A stretch of 64,000 nucleotides of DNA, taken from Eukaryota sp. TZLM1-RC (Eukaryota; Protista; Metamonada: BaSk clade). The position numbers and the translations under genes are program-made. The stretch is from contig JAUPSS010000004.1 of assembly GCA_040285825.1 (NCBI GenBank), positions 1,778,550 through 1,842,549 of the forward strand, in the 5' to 3' direction. The stretch's first letter is position 1. Each line of letters begins with the position of its first letter. The notes below the pieces were generated by a model. The model made no database searches, had not been told where the DNA came from, and saw nothing but the letters and a program-made list of their open reading frames with translations. This document shows, piece after piece, positions 25,484-35,624 of this stretch.

Positions 25484-28400
25484 TGTTAGCCTTGGATAAT
25501 ATTTATAATAGTTTACTTATAGTTTATTAATAGCTATTGTATTATTGCGCCCATGCGCTTAAGTTAAGGGAAATCCTCATTCCCTTGTAATAAATTACAT
25601 TTAAGGTATACTCAATGTCTAACCCCCACAGATCATCAATACGTATTGGATCACCTTTGGGTGGTTCCAATGACAACTCCGAGACTGTTAGGACTGATCC
25701 TCCTACGTCTCACTCTTCGAGTTCTTCCTCCCGAACTCCTCAGTCGGGACCAGAACAACCCTTGTCAACTGGGCCCGAGGGAAGCAATGCTTCTCCTCCT
25801 CCTGTGTTAACTCCTCCCTCCGGAGATCCTGTTACACAACCCAATGTTACAAGTTCTTCCTCCCAAACTCCTCAGTTGGGAACAGAACAACCCTCTGGCG
25901 GCGAGAGAAGTGATACTTCCTCTCAACCCTCGGGTCAAGGTTCCACTCCATCTACGGATGACGTTCCTGTGGTTCCTATCAGTCTTCCTGTTCCTCCCTC
26001 TAATGTGGAAAACTTTGTACCTCTTTCTCCTCCCCCTGGTTCTGAAGGAGAGGTTGAAGATTCCCTTTTAGGTCCTGAACAGTTCAGTACTTTAGATGAA
26101 TATCTGAAGTATGTCATCAACCAGACTGACCCCTGACTCGGCTAGCAACAAGATATCTGAGCTGTTGAAGCTCAAGAGGGTAGAGCCTCCCTCTTCACCT
26201 ATTGTTTGCGCTCCTGTTGCCCCTTCCACTTCTTCTACGGAAGCTCCTGGGGAAGGACAACAAGTTCTTTCTACTTCTTCTACGGAAGCTCCTGGGGAAG
26301 GACAACAAGCTCCTTCCATTCCTTCTAGAGAAGTACCTATGGAAAGCAGCCCTCCACAACAACCAGCTCCTCCTGCAGTCCCTGCTGGTAGCCCAAATCC
26401 TACTACTCCTTCTCAAGAAGTTCCTGTAGCAGGCCTTCCTGATACTTCTGCTCCTACTACGGTAGCTCCTACAGAAGTCCATTCAACTCCATCTGTTCCT
26501 CCTTCGGGAGTTTCTACTAGAGGAGTAATTCATGTCCCTGCAACCTCTGGCCAGACTCCTCAGCAAGGTCACGTTGTTTCTTCTATTCCTGCTGCTTGGC
26601 AGGTGCTTAGTGCTGCACAGCCTAACACTTATCAAGCCCCAAGCCAGCCCCAGGAATCAGATTCTCCTTTCATCTCTACCCAACAGAGAACTGAAGCTCA
26701 AAACTTAGTTCTCAATGCTGGTATTGAGTTAATGCTAGGAGATCCTGCATCGATTCCTCCCAATGAACTCATTGCTGCTTTACCCCCATTTTGGGGTCCA
26801 GAAGTGGTTAATGATCACGGCTTTAGGATCCGCAGAAGAATAGGTCCCTACTTCCCAACGGAAGAAGTAGACAATCTTACGGTTCGTTGTGACCCTCCTC
26901 CAATTTATCCTCAACGGGATACTGTTGGAGGGTTCAGAACTCCTCGTGAAGGTGTACAGAGGATCTTCGCTGGTGATGAGCTGAATCTCTTCCTCAACCG
27001 ATGTAACCCATGTCCTTTCCCCAGGTTTAGCCCTGGATACAATGCCTCTCTTGATATTTATATCAATAGAGACTTCAGGACTGGATGGTGGTACACTTAC
27101 ACTACGAACTACCAAAGATTGTACCTTCAAGACCGCAGACCAGACCATTGCGCGTCATATTTTGGTCCAGAACATAGAAGGAATAGGCCACTAAGGGACG
27201 CCCTGATGAATGTACAGGAGAACATTGGTGTCACCAATTCTAGTTCTCTTCTGTGGGTCAATGTTGATGGTAATGTGCAAAGTTACTATCCGAGCGATCA
27301 TGACCCAGTAGAATTGAGAACTTCTGAGCCTGACCCAGTTGAGACAGACACAGTTTTCTCATCTTTGAGCATTGAGCCTCAAGATGACCAACAACAAGAT
27401 GAGCCAATGGCGACTACTGACACTGTTGAGTCAGTGCAACAATCTGTAGTTGTCCAATCTCAGGATCCATCAACTCCTTCCCAGGTTCCTCAGGACCCTA
27501 GGCTCCTAGGAGTAACTCCTTCTAACACTCCCATAGCTCCCCAGTATTCCAACACCCTACTGATGGAAGCTATGGCGAGTTCACAAGATAGAGATAGAGA
27601 TAGACAAAGAGGTGGTCGTCCTAGAAAACCCACCCTGGAAGCCAACGATATCTCTGACCCAGTAAGGATCTTGAAATTCATCGACAGATTTATTCTGTAT
27701 GCTAGGACTGAGAGGACCATTGAAGAGAGAGACATCAATGAATCTGATCCTACTCAAGTCAGACTAGCAAGAGAAGTGTCTGAATTAAGAAGGCAACTTG
27801 AGGAACGTTCTCGTCCTCCTGCCACTCCTCAATCCATAAGCAGAGAAAACCGGAACCTCCCTCTCGATCAGAGATATGGTAACCCCCTCCACGAGTGGGA
27901 CCGATTCAGAGCTGCTGCTCAAGTCGACCCTCGCAGGATCGCCTCCTGTGTTACTCCAGAATGCTTGGCCGCTCTGAGAGCTCAAGGCAGGTTTTCGTCC
28001 ATGTCTGATAGTATCTCAGCTATCGACAACATCAATGAGGAGCAAATATGGGAATCAATTTTACACCTCAGCCAGTATAGTACTTTAGAAACGGCGAGGA
28101 ATCAGTTATATAGAGTTCAGATGAATTGGAATATTCAGGACTTTAGGAATCGCTGGGGCGACTTCACTGTGAGGCTAATGAGAACAGTTTCACGAAGTAC
28201 TGCCATTTCTGACGTCAGGGCAAGCGACCGTGCCTTGTATGGTCAACACTTTCTACAGCGTATTCAAAACTGGGAAATTGCAACCCATATGATCGATTCT
28301 GTTGGTATTCAGGCCATCAGTGACAACCTGAGAACAGTATGGTCCACACCCAATGTTTGGCAACACCATACTTTACAACAATTTGTCGACATCCTTGCTG

Positions 28401-31400
28401 CTGAATACATGAGTTGGTGTTCAGCAAGATCCTATGACGAGCAAAGGGCCAACATCAGTGACAGCTATCAACAACATATGGGTCACTACGTTAGAGCAAA
28501 CCCAAAGGACAAGAAAAGAATAGGCAAATTTAAGCCTGCGGGTTCCAGCGTCGCCCCTGCTCAACTTACCAAAAGGAGCAAGTCGCAAATTAAGAAAGAA
28601 AGAGATAAAGCTGGTCTCTGTAGATTCTGTGGTCTTCCAGGCCACTCCATTAACGAATGTCCCGACCCTGATTGCCAGCGATCCAAGCAATGGCGAGAAG
28701 CCAACCCAGATGCCGTTCGAGCATATTTGGCTAGGGGTAGTAGTAATAGTAGTAGTAGAGGCAGAGGTAGACGTAGAGGAAGAGGCAAGGGCCCTTCTAG
28801 TAGTAATAAACGTTCCCATAAATATTCTATGTTTACTATAGAGCAAGATAGCTCTCCAACAGGTAATACATCAAAGCAACGTTCAAACAAATGTTCCTTG
28901 TTTACTATAGAGCAAGACAGCTCTCCAGCACGTAAAACACCAAACATAAAACAAACCTCAGTCTCCAACCAGTGGATTAAGTGCTTAACTAATCCTTTGA
29001 CTACCCAGAATTTTAAAACAGCTACAACGATAGAAACACCAAATAAACCCTGTTTCATTCATGAGTTCGACTCGAACCCAGACTCAGAGTCCCACAGTGA
29101 TATCTTCATGGTTCGCACCTCAGATGTCGCACGCAAAAATTTAAAATTGAAATTTTCAATAAATAACTGCGAAATAGAAGGGATCATCGACTCTGGAGCT
29201 TCGATATCAGTCATCACTGTTGATCTAGCAGAGAGATGCAACATGGTAAAGACTAACCATTGCATAAACTTTAAGTCTGCAAACAACATCATGTCGAAGT
29301 CTTTAGGATCAGCAGAAGGCACACTGAGCTTCAGACTCGGTAGTGTAACCCAATTAGTTCATGTGAAACATAGCTTGGCCATCATTCCTGGCAACAATAT
29401 GTTACTAATTGGTAGAGACCTGCTGCATCACCTAGGCTTATTGAACGATGAAGGCCTCTTCATCAAGATGGATGAGGAACATCGTACATTACTTCTGCCT
29501 GAGGCTGAATTCGACCATCGAATCTCCCAAGTCTCAGATGTCGTCAACGTCCCCAGACGTTGGTTGGAGCACATACAGTCTTCTGGTTGTACTATTAACC
29601 TCGACTGTGACAACGACAAGAAGACCTTACTTCTAACCTTGAAAGAGTTCGAAGAGACATTCACCCTTAAGCCGCATGCTGATGGGATTGACTGTCCTCC
29701 AATGGAGATCAACTTTCACGATGAAAGTATTCGAGTCAGACGACCCCCTCGTAGGTTAAACCCCGAGAAACAGAAAGTCGCCGAACAGATCTTCGATGAA
29801 CTCGTCGAGTCTGGATTTGCTGTACCATCGAACCATGAGTTCAGCTCTCCAGTATGTCTTGTGGTATACCCTGATCATCGTAAGCCTCGTCTTACTGGTG
29901 ATTACAGCGGCAAGGACGGAGTCAACGCCAACACTATTCCCGTTGAACCTAATCTCCCCAGAATATCCGATGTGCTAGTCTTCCTTTCAGAAGCCAATTT
30001 CATCGGTACCCTTGACCTCCCCAAAGCCTTTTGGCAACTAAAAATTGCAGAAAAGGACTGGGAGAAGACTGCCTTAAGCATCCCTGGCAAAAGCATCATG
30101 TTTAAACGTGCTGCTTTCGGCCTCAAGAACGTTCCTGCAGTTTTCCAGAACGTTATGGCAGACATCTTCTCCGGAGACGGTGTATTCATCTATATAGATG
30201 ACATCATTATAGTAGGTAGAACTTTCAACGAGTTCCTCGGACGTCTAAGACGTGTCCTCGAGAAGGCTCGAACCCGTAGAGTTAGCCTTGGACTGCCCAA
30301 GTGCCATTTTGTGTCCTCTAGACACCCAATAAAGATCCTTGGTAGCAGATTCCAACACAAAACCAGGACCATTGATCCTACTCGCACAGAGTCTTTACTG
30401 AATCTTCCCAGACCTAAGACTGTGAAAGACGCCCGTAGCCTTATCGGCTCAGTCAACTTCATTAGGGAATGGCTTCCCCAGGTAACCAAGCATGTTGCCC
30501 CGATCATCAAACTAACACACGGCAAACCACGTCGCCTGCAGTGGAAAGACACTCACGACCACCATTTAGCCGAAATCAAACGCCTGATCGCGGAGCATAT
30601 GCCTCTAAACTTACCTCCGGTGGATAACCAAGTACTAATTAGTTGCGATGCCTCTGATATAGCAGTTGGCGGCGTGATTTGGGAACAATTAGAACCCACT
30701 AAGGACCCTGGTACTTCCTTACTCAATAGGAAATGTAGACCAATCAGCTTCTTCAGCAGATTGTTGACTAACTCCCAGCAGAACTGGCCCACGGTACAGA
30801 AAGAGCTTTATGCTATCCTTCTCATGCTTACCGAAAGTGGCTTCGAGAACTACCTCAAAGGAAGGCGTCTGATCATTTTTCACAGATCACCAAAACCTTA
30901 CTTACATGCTTACCGCTCCGAACAAAAACAGAATAGTCTGAAGGTGGCTTCCCATCTTTTCTGAGTTCCTATTCGACATAGTTCATACAAAAGGGGAAGA
31001 GAACCATTGGGCAGACATGCTATCTAGGATAGTACCGCCCCAAGACAATCATACCATCAACCATCTGGTACATTCTAATGACCAAGAGTTTCACCCTATC
31101 TACTACACAAATAGGATTGACGAAACTGAGTCAGAGAGATGCTTCGTTGAAGATCTCCATACATTTGAGAAGGTGCTCATCCTTCAAGACAAATGCTCCA
31201 ATGACCTTCCACTCTTCGAGCCATGGCTCTGCAAGATCAGGTCCGAACAAAAGCGAGCCCTCGCTAACCAGGACACCTCGTTTAACAACTGTACTTTGGA
31301 TAGTCGTCTAGATCTTTATCTGACTCCAGAGCACAAGATCGTGATTCCTCAATCACTGGTTAAGGATACGCTTTACCTTCTACATGGACTCCCGCAAGGT

Positions 31401-32856
31401 GGCCACCCCAGTAAGGCAGAAAGTCTCCTCAGACTCAAGAACAGCGACTACTGGTGGCCTAACATGCTTTCAGACATGACCAAGCACGTCCAAGAATGCC
31501 CCTCCTGTCAGAAGACAGCAGCAGTCCCCAAACTGCATGTCCCTACAACTGGTTCCTTGTGGGCTGACAGACCATTCGCAAGAGTTAACGTCGACGTCAT
31601 TGGTCCTCTTCCAGAAGATCAAGACGGCCACAGATACATTCTTGTATTTGTGGATAGCTTCACGAGGTTCACTATCATAGTCCCTCTCAAAGAACTCAAC
31701 GCCAACCTTACTGCTGACGCTCTCATATGGAAGGTATGCGCGATATTCGGGATCCCGTTCATAGTTCATAGTGACAACGGTCTTGAGTTCTCTAAAGCTG
31801 TCATCGACGCTCTATGTGAGTTTTTGGGCATAGAGGTCTCAAAGTCCGTCCCTCACTTCTCTCAGTCCAACGGTTTAGTCGAACGCCGTCACCGTGACAT
31901 TTTGCAGAATTTGAGGAAGCTGCTCGTAGATTTTAACGCCTACGACGCATGGTCAGAGTACATACCCTATGTACAATTGTTAATCAACTCATCCAAGAGT
32001 TCGATTACAGGTTACTCTCCATACGAGCTCATGTTTGGTTCAGATTTTAGCCCAAGAGCTGACCCCGGCAAAATCATAGAGACCCTCGAAAGCTCAACGT
32101 CTGAGTCAACCTACATCAACAACATTCAATCCAAATTTGCCAGATTGAAGAAGAAACAGGAGGAAGCAGAGCTCCGTCAAGCTTCCAAGGCTCCTCCTCG
32201 TGATTCCCAAATCGAAGCCAACCCTTTCTCTCCTGGCCAATTGGTCAAACGAGCTTCGTCTTCCACTGCTAAGCTACATGGTAACTACAAAGGACCATTC
32301 TTAGTTATTGACACACCCTCTACCTCCACAGTTGATATCAAGAATCTGTGCACTGGTATGGTTGTTAAAGCCAGTGTGAAGCATCTCCAACCTTGGCATT
32401 CCAGTTTACCAGCTGATGATGAATTTCACTCCTGGGTTGCTGCTGGTGATGCAGAAGAGCACGTGATCCAGAAAGTCCTCAGTCAGGATGGTGATTACTG
32501 TCAAGTCCAATGGCCTGGCAATCATATTACCACTGAGCTGGTTTCGACTGTTCAAAACACCTCTGCCTATAAAGAATTCTCCAAGTCTGTTTCTAATACT
32601 CGCTCTCGTCCTTCACGCCGTAAACGTCGTTCTGATAATATTAACAATAATGTTAATCCAACTCCTATCAGGCCTCGACGCTCGAAAAGAAGAAAGGGCA
32701 GTGTTAGCCTTGGATAATATTTATAATAGTTTACTTATAGTTTATTAATAGCTATTGTATTATTGCGCCCATGCGCTTAAGTTAAGGGAAATCCTCATTC
32801 CCTTGTAATAAATTACATTTAAGGTATACTCAATGTCTAACCCCCACAGATCATCA
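25484..32856 (+). mobile_element. Ty3/gypsy family A, copy A2, nested antisense in B
   Basis: Identical 155-bp LTRs 25484-25638 and 32702-32856; TSD GCAT (25480-25483, 32857-32860); PPT 32684-32701. Confidence 0.97.
25615..32717 (+). pseudogene. Gag-Pol of A2 (consensus single ORF of ~2366 aa)
   Basis: Continuous gag-pol frame 26111-~30880; +1 at ~26130-26134 and 30876-30880, and an AGA>TGA nonsense at 30939, relative to A1. Confidence 0.93.
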
Positions 32857-35624
32857 GCATAACCCTTTGAATATGGCATTTGCAAATTCAATACCATTGT
32901 CACTATGAATCAACAGTGGGATACCAAAAATTGATACTACACTCCATAGGAGGTGATTGGTTGCCTCCACTGCGTTCAATTCCTTTACGGGGCAAATGAT
33001 CGTATACCTAGTGAACGAATCTACAAAAACTATTAAATATTTGAATCCATTATCATCTTGTTGTAATGGTCCAATAGTGTCTGCGTTTAATCGTGCAAAA
33101 GGTCGATCAGCCCAAAGAGAGCCAGATGATTCAATGACATTTTTAGGCACATGCGCCGTCTTTTGACATGCTGGGCATCTCTTAATATGGTTAATCATGT
33201 CTTTGCGCATGTCGGGCCAAAAGTAATCACTATTGAGTAATTTCTTTACGCTAGTCGTCACACTAGGATGGCCAACATTTGCATGTCCATGAATGATAGT
33301 TAAAGTCTGCTTCTTTAAACTATCTGGGATGACAATCTTCCCACGATTGTTGGTATACAATTGAATATCTGAATTATAATTGTAATCTTTATAATAATCA
33401 GGATTTGAATCAACATCTATAAGTTGTTCTTGCATAATCTTTGAGATCCAAGTGTCAAATAAATCAAATTTAGTATCCTCAACTGGTTCTTTCAGTGCAG
33501 ATAAGCTATTGATCGTGGGTAGCTCAATTGTGGACGGTTGAGTAATATCATCCCTTAACAAATTAACTCTAGTTAATAAATTTAAATAGGTTAATTGTTC
33601 TTCAACTCTGTGAGGTGCCAAGTTTCTCACTTGTTGGAGTCGAGGAGTTTTGGGTTTGGTGTCAACCAATCTAGACAACATGTCTGCCCAATAATTCTCC
33701 TCGCCTGCAGTGTGGACTACATCAAAATTGAATTCTGACAATATTGGTAGCCACCTCTTCACAATTCTGTTCTTTTCAGGAGCTGATATGAGGTATGCTA
33801 AATTTCTATGATCAGTGAAAATAGTTAATTTCCTCGAAATTAAATAGTTTTCTAAACTACTGTCAGTGAGAATTAGTAAAATTGCATACAACTCTTTCTG
33901 AAGTACAGACCAATTCTTTTGTGAAGTTGATAATAATCTGCTAGAGAAGGCAATAGGTACAACCTTTCTCTTAATTAGCGGTGTCGTAGGATCTTTAGGT
34001 GGGTTAACTTCTTGCCATATTACTCCACCTACAGCCACATCGGACGCGTCAGCACTTATTAAAATATGCTTGTCTTCTGAGGGCAATTCAAAAGAGATAT
34101 TTGCTTTGATAAGATTTATAATCTTACCAAAAGCCTCGTCATGATCAGGAATCCACTTGATTTTTGACGGTTTGTTTCTGGTTAATTTGTTGATTGGTTC
34201 TATCAAGTCAGACAAATTTGGCAACCAGTCACGTATATAATTGATCGATCCTATAAAACTCCTAACTTCAGGTAATGTCCTGGGTTTGGGTAGGTTGATC
34301 AGTCCCTCAATCCTAGATTCATCTATATAACGGGTTTTGTTTACAAAAATACTACCTAGAATTTTTATTTCATGTTTGCAAGTGGTAAAGCTACACTTGG
34401 GTAGGCCAAGGTTAACTCTAAAACGTTTGGCGCGTTCTAGGACCGTACCTACTCTAGATAGAAATTCATCCAGGGTCGAAGCTACTATTATTATATCATC
34501 GATATAAATAAATACGCCCTCAGAATCAAATATTTCCATCATCATGTTTTGCAAGACTGCAGGAACGTTTTTCAAACCAAAACAAGCCCTTTTAAAACTG
34601 ATCGACATCCCGGGAATTGATACGGTAGTTTTATCAATATCCTCTTCTGCAATTTTGAGCTGCCAAAATGCCTTAGGTAAATCTAGAGTTGCTATATAAT
34701 TAGCTTTACTTAGAAACTCTAAAATGTCGCTAATCCTGGGCAAATTTGCCTCTACAGGTTTAGTTAAATCATTTACTCCACCAATACCACTAAAATCGCC
34801 AGTTAATCGTGGTTTCCTGTGATCAGGGTAAATCACAAGACAGATGGGACTACTGAATTGAGACTTTGCGGGCACAGCAAATCCATTACGGATCAATTCG
34901 TTAAAAATTTCCTCGGCTACCCGTTGTTTTTCTGGGTTTAATCTTCGAGGTTTCCTTTTGACGACCTTACTTTCGTCATAAAATGGAATGGTCATCGGCT
35001 GACAATCAATTCCATCCGGGTGAGGTAGCCCACTAAATACATTTCTATATTTTTCGAGTAGCACGACTAGGCGTTCCTCGTCCCTAATGTCATCCAGGCA
35101 TATTCTACAGCCCAACTCATCTAACTCATGTCTAAATGTGGAATGCCCAAAATCATTACCTAAGTCTGATTTATTACTCAATGGTTCTATGAATCTAATT
35201 GGTTGACAAATTCTATTATCGAACTCACATTCAGCATTTAAGATGGTGCGATGTTCGCGATCCAAATTAATATTAAAACCGTGCTCCGTGCGTAGCCCCA
35301 AGGTTTGTAATAAGTCTCTTCCGATCAAAAAATTATTGGTACCAGGAATGATCTGGAATTCGATCCTTAAAAACACTTGAGTGGCCAAGCTACCCACATT
35401 TAGAGCAAGAACACCACTTGCACATCCCAGGGTTGTGGAGCGAATACCATTTGCCGATAAGTATTCGACAGTCTTATTGTCATTAACTGTCATATTACAT
35501 TTAGAGGCTAAATCCATTGATAATGCTGAAAATGCAGCTCCATTATCAATTTCGCCTTGTACTTCCACGTTATTTATGGTGCAGGTTAACCAAAGTTCCC
35601 CGTTAGAACTTTCTTGATCCTCTG

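Noticed and set aside
25647-25665. Canonical tRNA PBS starting at the TGG 8 nt after the LTR
   Set aside because: The offset is too large for standard end processing, and neither TGGATCACCTTTGGG (A) nor TGGCCTGAAAAGCC (B) looks like a tRNA acceptor/T-arm complement that I recognise; not fully excluded without the host tRNA set.
4842-32856. Inversion by recombination between the oppositely oriented A1 and A2
   Set aside because: Each copy keeps its own matching TSD and identical LTR pair.
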